Shown: in pieces, positions 1 to 11,066 of the stretch
Position numbering within the stretch: position 1 is the stretch's first letter
Layout of the letters: every line of letters starts with the position of its first letter
DNA from: the human T2T-CHM13v2.0 reference genome, Homo sapiens
Assembly: GCF_009914755.1 (NCBI RefSeq)
Contig: NC_060934.1
Reading direction: 5' to 3' (one strand)
Length of the DNA stretch: 64,000 nucleotides
The notes under the pieces: generated by a model
Databases searched by the model: none
Told to the model about the DNA's origin: nothing
What the model saw: the letters and a program-made list of their open reading frames with translations, nothing else
Position numbers and translations under genes: made by a program

Positions 1-188
1 TTCAAGCGATTTGAGGCTAATCTTTGAAATGGAAATATCTTCGTGTAAAAACTACACAGAATCATTCTCAGAAACTGCTTTGTCATCTGTGCGTTCAGTT
101 CACAGAGTTTCACCTTTCTCTTCATAGAGCAGTTTGGAAAGACTCTGTCTGTAAAGTCTGCAAGTGATTAGTTAGACCCCTTTGAGGC

Positions 189-205
189 CTTCGTTGGAAG
201 CGGGA
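189..205 (+). promoter_or_regulatory. CENP-B box, CTTCGTTGGAAGCGGGA form (one per HOR unit)
   Basis: Matches the 17-bp consensus YTTCGTTGGAARCGGGA and recurs at 1208 and once in each later unit. Confidence 0.95.
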
Positions 206-527
206 TTTCTCATTTACTGCTAGACAGAAGAATTCTCAGTAAATCCTTTGTGTTGTGTGTATTCAACTCACAGAGTGGAACCTTCCTTTATTCAGAGCAG
301 TTTTGAAAAACACTTTTTGTGGAATTTGCAAGTGGAGATTTCAAGCGATTTGACGCCAATCTTAGACATGGAAATATCTTCATATTAAAAGTACACAGAG
401 TCATTCGTAGAAACTAGTTTGTGATGTGTGCCTTCAACTCACAGAGTTTAACCTTTCTTTTCATAGAGCAGTTTGGAAACACTCTATTTGTAAAGTCTGC
501 AAGTGGATATTTGGACCTCTTTGAGGC

Positions 528-544
528 CTTCGTTGGAAACGGGA
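528..544 (+). promoter_or_regulatory. CENP-B box, canonical CTTCGTTGGAAACGGGA (representative; about 188 boxes of both forms, one every second monomer)
   Basis: Exact canonical motif at 528, 868, 1547, 1885 and onward. There are 4 boxes per 8-mer and 3 per 6-mer; the total is derived from unit counts. Confidence 0.97.
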
Positions 545-696
545 TTTCTTCATACAACGCTAGACAGAAGAATTCTCAGTAACTTCTTTGTGTTGTGTGT
601 ATTCAACTCACAGAGTTGAACCTTTCTTTAGAGAGAGCAGAGTTGAAACACTCTGTTTTTGGAATTTGCAACTGCAGATTTCAAGCGATTCTAGGC

Positions 697-713
697 CTAT
701 GGCAGAAAAGGAA
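697..713 (+). promoter_or_regulatory. pJalpha-like A-box in the alternate (non-CENP-B) monomer, representative copy
   Basis: CTATGGCAGAAAAGGAA lies at the position homologous to the CENP-B box, ~170 bp away. It resembles the A-type consensus CTAYGGTGRAAAAGGAA with two mismatches; the other A monomers are more degenerate. Confidence 0.5.
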
Positions 714-3134
714 ATATCTTCGTATAAAAACTACACAGAATCATTCTCAACAACTACTTTGTGATGTGTGCGTTCAACTCACAGAGTTTAACCTTTCTTT
801 TCATAGAGCAGTTTGGAAACACTCTGTTTGTAAAGCCTGCAAGTGCTTTTTTGGACTTCATTGAGGCCTTCGTTGGAAACGGGATTTCTTCATATAATGC
901 TAGACAGAAGAATTCTCAGTCACTTCTTTGTGTTGTGTGTATTCACGTCACAGAGTTGAACCTTCCTTTAGACAGAGCAGTTTTGAAAAATTCTTTCTGT
1001 GTAATTTGCAAGTGGAGATTTCAAGCGATTTGAGGCTAATCTTTGAAATGGAAATATCTTCGTGTAAAAACTACACAGAATCATTCTCAGAAACTGCTTT
1101 GTCATCTGTGCGTTCAGTTCACAGAGTTTCACCTTTCTCTTCATAGAGCAGTTTGGAAAGACTCTGTCTGTAAAGTCTGCAAGTGATTAGTTAGACCCCT
1201 TTGAGGCCTTCGTTGGAAGCGGGATTTCTCATTTACTGCTAGACAGAAGAATTCTCAGTAAATCCTTTGTGTTGTGTGTATTCAACTCACAGAGTGGAAC
1301 CTTCCTTTATTCAGAGCAGTTTTGAAACACTCTTTTTGTGGAATTTGCAAGTGGAGATTTCAAGCGATTTGACGCCAATCTTAGACATGGAAATATCTTC
1401 ATATTAAAAGTACACAGAGTCATTCGTAGAAACTAGTTTGTGATGTGTGCCTTCAACTCACAGAGTTTAACCTTTCTTTTCATAGAGCAGTTGGGAAACA
1501 CTCTATTTGTAAAGTCTGCAAGTGGATATTTGGACCTCTTTGAGGCCTTCGTTGGAAACGGGATTTCTTCATATAACGCTAGACAGAAGAATTCTCAGTA
1601 ACTTCTTTGTGTTGTGTGTATTCAACTCACAGAGTTGAACCTTTCTTTAGAGGGAGCAGAGGTGAAACACTCTTTTTGTGGAATTTGCTAGTGTAGATTT
1701 CAAACGCTTCGAAGACAGTGATAGAAAAGGATATATCTTCGTATTAAAAGTAGACAAAATCATTCTCAGAAAACTCTTTGTGATGTGTGTGTTCAACTCA
1801 CAGAGTTTAACCTTTCTTTAATCGAGCAGTTTGGAAATACACTCTTTGTAAGTCTGCAGGTGGATATTTGGCCCTCTTTGAGCCCTTCGTTGGAAACGGG
1901 ATTTCCTCATATAATGCTAGACAGAAGAATTCTCAGTAACTTCTTTGTGTTGTTTGTATTCAACACACAGATTTGAAACTTTCTTTAGAGAGAGCAGAGT
2001 TGAAACACTCTGTTTTTGGAATTTGCAACTGCAGATTTCAAGCGATTCTAGGCCTATGGCAGAAAAGGAAATATCTTCGTATAAAAACTACACAGAATCA
2101 TTCTCAACAACTGCTTTGTGATGTGTGCGTTCAACTCACAGAGTTTAACCTTTCTTTTCATAGAGCAGTTTGGAAACACTCTGTTTGGAAAGCCTGCAAG
2201 TGCTTTTTTGGACTTCATTGAGGCCTTCGTTGGAAACGGGATTTCTTCATATAATGCTAGACAGAAGAATTCTCAGTCACTTCTTTGTGTTGTGTGTATT
2301 CAAGTCAGAGTTGAACCTTCCTTTAGACAGAGCAGTTTTGAAAAATTCTTTCTGTGGAGTTTGCAAGTGGAGATTTCAAGCGATTTGAGGCTAATCTTTG
2401 AAATGGAAATATCTTCGTGTAAAAACTACACAGAATCATTCTCAGAAACTGCTTTGTCATCTGTGCGTTCAGTTCACAGAGTTTCACCTTTCTCTTCATA
2501 GAGCAGTTTGGAAAGACTCTGTCTGTAAAGTCTGCAAGTGATTAGTTAGACCCCTTTGAGGCCTTCGTTGGAAGCGGGATTTCTCATTTACTGCTAGACA
2601 GAAGAATTCTCAGTAAATCCTTTGTGTTGTGTGTATTCAACTCACAGAGTGGAACCTTCCTTTATTCAGAGCAGTTTTGAAAAACACTTTTTGTGGAATT
2701 TGCAAGTGGAGATTTCAAGCGATTTGACGTCAATCTTAGACATGGAAATATCTTCATATTAAAAGTACACAGAGTCATTCGTAGAAACTAGTTTGTGATG
2801 TGTGCCTTCAACTCACAGAGTTTAACCTTTCTTTTCATAGAGCAGTTTGGAAACACTCTATTTGTAAAGTCTGCAAGTGGATATTTGGACCTCTTTGAGG
2901 CCTTCGTTGGAAACGGGATTTCTTCATACAACGCTAGACAGAAGAATTCTCAGTAACTTCTTTGTGTTGTGTGTATTCAACTCACAGAGTTGAACCTTTC
3001 TTTAGAGAGAGCAGAGTTGAAACACTCTGTTTTTGGAATTTGCAACTGCAGATTTCAAGCGATTCTAGGCCTATGGCAGAAAAGGAAATATCTTCGTATA
3101 AAAACTACACAGAATCATTCTCAACAACTACTTT

Positions 3135-4491
3135 GTGATGTGTGCGTTCAACTCACAGAGTTTAACCTTTCTTTTCATAGAGCAGTTTGGAAACACTCTG
3201 TTTGTAAAGCCTGCAAGTGCTTTTTTGGACTTCATTGAGGCCTTCGTTGGAAACGGGATTTCTTCATATAATGCTAGACAGAAGAATTCTCAGTCACTTC
3301 TTTGTGTTGTGTGTATTCAAGTCACAGAGTTGAACCTTCCTTTAGACAGAGCAGTTTTGAAAAATTCTTTCTGTGTAATTTGCAAGTGGAGATTTCAAGC
3401 GATTTGAGGCTAATCTTTGAAATGGAAATATCTTCGTGTAAAAACTACACAGAATCATTCTCAGAAACTGCTTTGTCATCTGTGCGTTCAGTTCACAGAG
3501 TTTCACCTTTCTCTTCATAGAGCAGTTTGGAAAGACTCTGTCTGTAAAGTCTGCAAGTGATTAGTTAGACCCCTTTGAGGCCTTCGTTGGAAGCGGGATT
3601 TCTCATTTACTGCTAGACAGAAGAATTCTCAGTAAATCCTTTGTGTTGTGTGTATTCAACTCACAGAGTGGAACCTTCCTTTATTCAGAGCAGTTTTGAA
3701 ACACTCTTTTTGTGGAATTTGCAAGTGGAGATTTCAAGCGATTTGACGCCAATCTTAGACATGGAAATATCTTCATATTAAAAGTACACAGAGTCATTCG
3801 TAGAAACTAGTTTGTGATGTGTGCCTTCAACTCACAGAGTTTAACCTTTCTTTTCATAGAGCAGTTGGGAAACACTCTATTTGTAAAGTCTGCAAGTGGA
3901 TATTTGGACCTCTTTGAGGCCTTCGTTGGAAACGGGATTTCTTCATATAACGCTAGACAGAAGAATTCTCAGTAACTTCTTTGTGTTGTGTGTATTCAAC
4001 TCACAGAGTTGAACCTTTCTTTAGAGGGAGCAGAGGTGAAACACTCTTTTTGTGGAATTTGCTAGTGTAGATTTCAAACGCTTCGAAGACAGTGATAGAA
4101 AAGGATATATCTTCGTATTAAAAGTAGACAAAATCATTCTCAGAAAACTCTTTGTGATGTGTGTGTTCAACTCACAGAGTTTAACCTTTCTTTAATCGAG
4201 CAGTTTGGAAATACACTCTTTGTAAGTCTGCAGGTGGATATTTGGCCCTCTTTGAGCCCTTCGTTGGAAACGGGATTTCCTCATATAATGCTAGACAGAA
4301 GAATTCTCAGTAACTTCTTTGTGTTGTTTGTATTCAACACACAGATTTGAACCTTCCTTTAGAGAGAGCAGATTTGAAACACTCTGTTTTTGGAATTTGC
4401 AAGTGCAGATTTCAAGCGCTTCTAGGCCTATGGCAGAAAAGGAAATATCTTCGTATAAAAACTACACAGAATCATTCTCAACAACTACTTT
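3135..4491 (+). repeat. Representative 8-monomer HOR unit (1357 bp); 23 copies in window
   Basis: The recurrent MMCAF ORF start moves 3135->4492 = 1357 bp. The unit contains the extra dimer (GAGGGAGCAGAGGTG...CGCTTCGAAGACAGTGATAG...TAATCGAGCAG...GAGCCCTTCG), marked by the MCVQL ORF at 1785, 4159, 7554, 9930, 12307, 15700, 19093, 22488, 24864, 27240, 29616, 31992, 35387, 38782, 42177, 43534, 46925, 50320, 51677, 54053, 55410, 59820 and ~62196. Confidence 0.97.
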
Positions 4492-5510
4492 GTGATGTGT
4501 GCGTTCAACTCACAGAGTTTAACCTTTCTTTTCATAGAGCAGTTTGGAAACACTCTGTTTGTAAAGCCTGCAAGTGCTTTTTTGGACTTCATTGAGGCCT
4601 TCGTTGGAAACGGGATTTCTTCATATAATGCTAGACAGAAGAATTCTCAGTCACTTCTTTGTGTTGTGTGTATTCAAGTCACAGAGTTGAACCTTCCTTT
4701 AGACAGAGCAGTTTTGAAAAATTCTTTCTGTGGAGTTTGCAAGTGGAGATTTCAAGCGATTTGAGGCTAATCTTTGAAATGGAAATATCTTCGTGTAAAA
4801 ACTACACAGAATCATTCTCAGAAACTGCTTTGTCATCTGTGCGTTCAGTTCACAGAGTTTCACCTTTCTCTTCATAGAGCAGTTTGGAAAGACTCTGTCT
4901 GTAAAGTCTGCAAGTGATTAGTTAGACCCCTTTGAGGCCTTCGTTGGAAGCGGGATTTCTCATTTACTGCTAGACAGAAGAATTCTCAGTAAATCCTTTG
5001 TGTTGTGTGTATTCAACTCACAGAGTGGAACCTTCCTTTATTCAGAGCAGTTTTGAAAAACACTTTTTGTGGAATTTGCAAGTGGAGATTTCAAGCGATT
5101 TGACGCCAATCTTAGACATGGAAATATCTTCATATTAAAAGTACACAGAGTCATTCGTAGAAACTAGTTTGTGATGTGTGCCTTCAACTCACAGAGTTTA
5201 ACCTTTCTTTTCATAGAGCAGTTTGGAAACACTCTATTTGTAAAGTCTGCAAGTGGATATTTGGACCTCTTTGAGGCCTTCGTTGGAAACGGGATTTCTT
5301 CATACAACGCTAGACAGAAGAATTCTCAGTAACTTCTTTGTGTTGTGTGTATTCAACTCACAGAGTTGAAACTTTCTTTAGAGAGAGCAGAGTTGAAACA
5401 CTCTGTTTTTGGAATTTGCAACTGCAGATTTCAAGCGATTCTAGGCCTATGGCAGAAAAGGAAATATCTTCGTATAAAAACTACACAGAATCATTCTCAA
5501 CAACTACTTT
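4492..5510 (+). repeat. Representative 6-monomer HOR structural variant (1019 bp); 31 full copies in window
   Basis: Marker spacing 4492->5511 = 1019 bp, which is the 8-mer minus a 338-bp dimer. It carries a hybrid junction monomer (..TTTCTTTAGAGAGAGCAGAGTTG..CAACTGCAG..GCGATTCTAGG). 23x1357 + 31x1019 - 13 bp of net indels = 62787 = 63548 - 761. Confidence 0.97.
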
Positions 5511-8500
5511 GTGATGTGTGCGTTCAACTCACAGAGTTTAACCTTTCTTTTCATAGAGCAGTTTGGAAACACTCTGTTTGTAAAGCCTGCAAGTGCTTTT
5601 TTGGACTTCATTGAGGCCTTCGTTGGAAACGGGATTTCTTCATATAATGCTAGACAGAAGAATTCTCAGTCACTTCTTTGTGTTGTGTGTATTCAAGTCA
5701 CAGAGTTGAACCTTCCTTTAGACAGAGCAGTTTTGAAAAATTCTTTCTGTGTAATTTGCAAGTGGAGATTTCAAGCGATTTGAGGCTAATCTTTGAAATG
5801 GAAATATCTTCGTGTAAAAACTACACAGAATCATTCTCAGAAACTGCTTTGTCATCTGTGCGTTCAGTTCACAGAGTTTCACCTTTCTCTTCATAGAGCA
5901 GTTTGGAAAGACTCTGTCTGTAAAGTCTGCAAGTGATTAGTTAGACCCCTTTGAGGCCTTCGTTGGAAGCGGGATTTCTCATTTACTGCTAGACAGAAGA
6001 ATTCTCAGTAAATCCTTTGTGTTGTGTGTATTCAACTCACAGAGTGGAACCTTCCTTTATTCAGAGCAGTTTTGAAAAACACTTTTTGTGGAATTTGCAA
6101 GTGGAGATTTCAAGCGATTTGACGCCAATCTTAGACATGGAAATATCTTCATATTAAAAGTACACAGAGTCATTCGTAGAAACTAGTTTGTGATGTGTGC
6201 CTTCAACTCACAGAGTTTAACCTTTCTTTTCATAGAGCAGTTTGGAAACACTCTATTTGTAAAGTCTGCAAGTGGATATTTGGACCCCTTTGAGGCCTTC
6301 GTTGGAAACGGGATTTCTTCATACAACGCTAGACAGAAGAATTCTCAGTAACTTCTTTGTGTTGTGTGTATTCAACTCACAGAGTTGAACCTTTCTTTAG
6401 AGAGAGCAGAGTTGAAACACTCTGTTTTTGGAATTTGCAACTGCAGATTTCAAGCGATTCTAGGCCTATGGCAGAAAAGGAAATATCTTCGTATAAAAAC
6501 TACACAGAATCATTCTCAACAACTACTTTGTGATGTGTGCGTTCAACTCACAGAGTTTAACCTTTCTTTTCATAGAGCAGTTTGGAAACACTCTGTTTGT
6601 AAAGCCTGCAAGTGCTTTTTTGGACTTCATTGAGGCCTTCGTTGGAAACGGGATTTCTTCATATAATGCTAGACAGAAGAATTCTCAGTCACTTCTTTGT
6701 GTTGTGTGTATTCAAGTCACAGAGTTGAACCTTCCTTTAGACAGAGCAGTTTTGAAAAATTCTTTCTGTGTAATTTGCAAGTGGAGATTTCAAGCGATTT
6801 GAGGCTAATCTTTGAAATGGAAATATCTTCGTGTAAAAACTACACAGAATCATTCTCAGAAACTGCTTTGTCATCTGTGCGTTCAGTTCACAGAGTTTCA
6901 CCTTTCTCTTCATAGAGCAGTTTGGAAAGACTCTGTCTGTAAAGTCTGCAAGTGATTAGTTAGACCCCTTTGAGGCCTTCGTTGGAAGCGGGATTTCTCA
7001 TTTACTGCTAGACAGAAGAATTCTCAGTAAATCCTTTGTGTTGTGTGTATTCAACTCACAGAGTGGAACCTTCCTTTATTCAGAGCAGTTTTGAAACACT
7101 CTTTTTGTGGAATTTGCAAGTGGAGATTTCAAGCGATTTGACGCCAATCTTAGACATGGAAATATCTTCACATTAAAAGTACACAGAGTCATTCGTAGAA
7201 ACTAGTTTGTGATGTGTGCCTTCAACTCACAGAGTTTAACCTTTCTTTTCATAGAGCAGTTGGGAAACACTCTATTTGTAAAGTCTGCAAGTGGATATTT
7301 GGACCTCTTTGAGGCCTTCGTTGGAAACGGGATTTCTTCATATAACGCTAGACAGAAGAATTCTCAGTAACTTCTTTGTGTTGTGTGTATTCAACTCACA
7401 GAGTTGAACCTTTCTTTAGAGGGAGCAGAGGTGAAACACTCTTTTTGTGGAATTTGCTAGTGTAGATTTCAAACGCTTCGAAGACAGTGATAGAAAAGGA
7501 TATATCTTCGTATTAAAAGTAGACAAAATCATTCTCAGAAAACTCTTTGTGATGTGTGTGTTCAACTCACAGAGTTTAACCTTTCTTTAATCGAGCAGTT
7601 TGGAAATACACTCTTTGTAAGTCTGCAGGTGGATATTTGGCCCTCTTTGAGCCCTTCGTTGGAAACGGGATTTCCTCATATAATGCTAGACAGAAGAATT
7701 CTCAGTAACTTCTTTGTGTTGTTTGTATTCAACACACAGATTTGAACCTTCCTTTAGAGAGAGCAGATTTGAAACACTCTGTTTTTGGAATTTGCAAGTG
7801 CAGATTTCAAGCGCTTCTAGGCCTATGGCAGAAAAGGAAATATCTTCATATAAAAACTACACAGAATCATTCTCAACAACTACTTTGTGATGTGTGCGTT
7901 CAACTCACAGAGTTTAACCTTTCTTTTCATAGAGCAGTTTGGAAACACTCTGTTTGTAAAGCCTGCAAGTGCTTTTTTGCACTTCATTGAGGCCTTCGTT
8001 GGAAACGGGATTTCTTCATATAATGCTAGACAGAAGAATTCTCAGTCACTTCTTTGTGTTGTGTGTATTCAAGTCACAGAGTTGAACCTTCCTTTAGACA
8101 GAGCAGTTTTGAAAAATTCTTTCTGTGGAGTTTGCAAGTGGAGATTTCAAGCGATTTGAGGCTAATCTTTGAAATGGAAATATCTTCGTGTAAAAACTAC
8201 ACAGAATCATTCTCAGAAACTGCTTTGTCATCTGTGCGTTCAGTTCACAGAGTTTCACCTTTCTCTTCATAGAGCAGTTTGGAAAGACTCTGTCTGTAAA
8301 GTCTGCAAGTGATTAGTTAGACCCCTTTGAGGCCTTCGTTGGAAGCGGGATTTCTCATTTACTGCTAGACAGGAGAATTCTCAGTAAATCCTTTGTGTTG
8401 TGTGTATTCAACTCACAGAGTGGAACCTTCCTTTATTCAGAGCAGTTTTGAAACACTCTTTTTGTGGAATTTGCAAGTGGAGATTTCAAGCGATTTGACG

Positions 8501-11048
8501 CCAATCTTAGACATGGAAATATCTTCATATTAAAAGTACACAGAGTCATTCGTAGAAACTAGTTTGTGATGTGTGCCTTCAACTCACAGAGTTTAACCTT
8601 TCTTTTCATAGAGCAGTTTGGAAACACTCTATTTGTAAAGTCTGCAAGTGGATATTTGGACCTCTTTGAGGCCTTCGTTGGAAACGGGATTTCTTCATAC
8701 AACGCTAGACAGAAGAATTCTCAGTAACTTCTTTGTGTTGTGTGTATTCAACTCACAGAGTTGAACCTTTCTTTAGAGAGAGCAGAGTTGAAACACTCTG
8801 TTTTTGGAATTTGCAACTGCAGATTTCAAGCGATTCTAGGCCTATGGCAGAAAAGGAAATATCTTCGTATAAAAACTACACAGAATCATTCTCAACAACT
8901 ACTTTGTGATGTGTGCGTTCAACTCACAGAGTTTAACCTTTCTTTTCATAGAGCAGTTTGGAAACACTCTGTTTGTAAAGCCTGCAAGTGCTTTTTTGGA
9001 CTTCATTGAGGCCTTCGTTGGAAACGGGATTTCTTCATGTAATGCTAGACAGAAGAATTCTCAGTCACTTCTTTGTGTTGTGTGTATTCAAGTCACAGAG
9101 TTGAACCTTCCTTTAGACAGAGCAGTTTTGAAAAATTCTTTCTGTGGAGTTTGCAAGTGGAGATTTCAAGCGATTTGAGGCTAATCTTTGAAATGGAAAT
9201 ATCTTCGTGTAAAAACTACACAGAATCATTCTCAGAAACTGCTTTGTCATCTGTGCGTTCAGTTCACAGAGTTTCACCTTTCTCTTCATAGAGCAGTTTG
9301 GAAAGACTCTGTCTGTAAAGTCTGCAAGTGATTAGTTAGACCCCTTTGAGGCCTTCGTTGGAAGCGGGATTTCTCATTTACTGCTAGACAGAAGAATTCT
9401 CAGTAAATCCTTTGTGTTGTGTGTATTCAACTCACAGAGTGGAACCTTCCTTTATTCAGAGCAGTTTTGAAACACTCTTTTTGTGGAATTTGCAAGTGGA
9501 GATTTCAAGCGATTTGACGCCAATCTGAGACATGGAAATATCTTCATATTAAAAGTACACAGAGTCATTCGTAGAAACTAGTTTGTGATGTGTGCCTTCA
9601 ACTCACAGAGTTTAACCTTTCTTTTCATAGAGCAGTTGGGAAACACTCTATTTGTAAAGTCTGCAAGTGGATATTTGGACCTCTTTGAGGCCTTCGTTGG
9701 AAACGGGATTTCTTCATATAACGCTAGACAGAAGAATTCTCAGTAACTTCTTTGTGTTGTGTGTATTCAACTCACAGAGTTGAACCTTTCTTTAGAGGGA
9801 GCAGAGGTGAAACACTCTTTTTGTGGAATTTGCTAGTGTAGATTTCAAACGCTTCGAAGACAGTGATAGAAAAGGATATATCTTCGTATTAAAAGTAGAC
9901 AAAATCATTCTCAGAAAACTCTTTGTGATGTGTGTGTTCAACTCACAGAGTTTAACCTTTCTTTAATCGAGCAGTTTGGAAATACACTCTTTGTAAGTCT
10001 GCAGGTGGATATTTGGCCCTCTTTGAGCCCTTCGTTGGAAACGGGATTTCCTCATATAATGCTAGACAGAAGAATTCTCAGTAACTTCTTTGTGTTGTTT
10101 GTATTCAACACACAGATTTGAACTTTCCTTTAGAGAGAGCAGATTTGAAACACGCTGTTTTTGGAATTTGCAAGTGCAGATTTCAAGCGCTTCTAGGCCT
10201 ATGGCAGAAAAGGAAATATCTTCGTATAAAAACTACACAGAATCATTCTCAACAACTACTTTGTGATGTGTGCGTTCAACTCACAGAGTTTAACCTTTCT
10301 TTTCATAGAGCAGTTTGGAAACACTCTGTTTGTAAAGCCTGCAAGTGCTTTTTTGGACTTCATTGAGGCCTTCGTTGGAAACGGGATTTCTTCATATAAT
10401 GCTAGACAGAAGAATTCTCAGTCACTTCTTTGTGTTGTGTGTATTCAAGTCACAGAGTTGAACCTTCCTTTAGACAGAGCAGTTTTGAAAATTTCTTTCT
10501 GTGGAGTTTGCAAGTGGAGATTTCAAGCGATTTGAGGCTAATCTTTGAAATGGAAATATCTTCGTGTAAAAACTACACAGAATCATTCTCAGAAACTGCT
10601 TTGTCATCTGTGCGTTCAGTTCACAGAGTTTCACCTTTCTCTTCATAGAGCAGTTTGGAAAGACTCTGTCTGTAAAGTCTGCAAGTGATTAGTTAGACCC
10701 CTTTGAGGCCTTCGTTGGAAGCGGGATTTCTCATTTACTGCTAGACAGAAGAATTCTCAGTAAATCCTTTGTGTTGTGTGTATTCAACTCACAGAGTGGA
10801 ACCTTCCTTTATTCAGAGCAGTTTTGAAAAACACTTTTTGTGGAATTTGCAAGTGGAGATTTCAAGCGATTTGACGTCAATCTTAGACATGGAAATATCT
10901 TCATATTAAAAGTACACAGAGTCATTCGTAGAAACTAGTTTGTGATGTGTGCCTTCAACTCACAGAGTTTAACCTTTCTTTTCATAGAGCAGTTTGGAAA
11001 CACTCTATTTGTAAAGTCTGCAAGTGGATATTTGGACCTCTTTGAGGC

Positions 11049-11066
11049 CTTCGTTGGAAAACGGGA
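11049..11066 (+). promoter_or_regulatory. CENP-B box disrupted by a 1-bp insertion (CTTCGTTGGAAAACGGGA)
   Basis: Four A instead of three; this unit is 1020 bp (10263->11283) instead of 1019. Confidence 0.85.

Noticed and set aside
2118-2501. Longer 127-aa ORF (also at 13659 and 17052)
   Set aside because: It is a fusion of two spurious frames caused by the 2-bp deletion, with no evidence of coding function.
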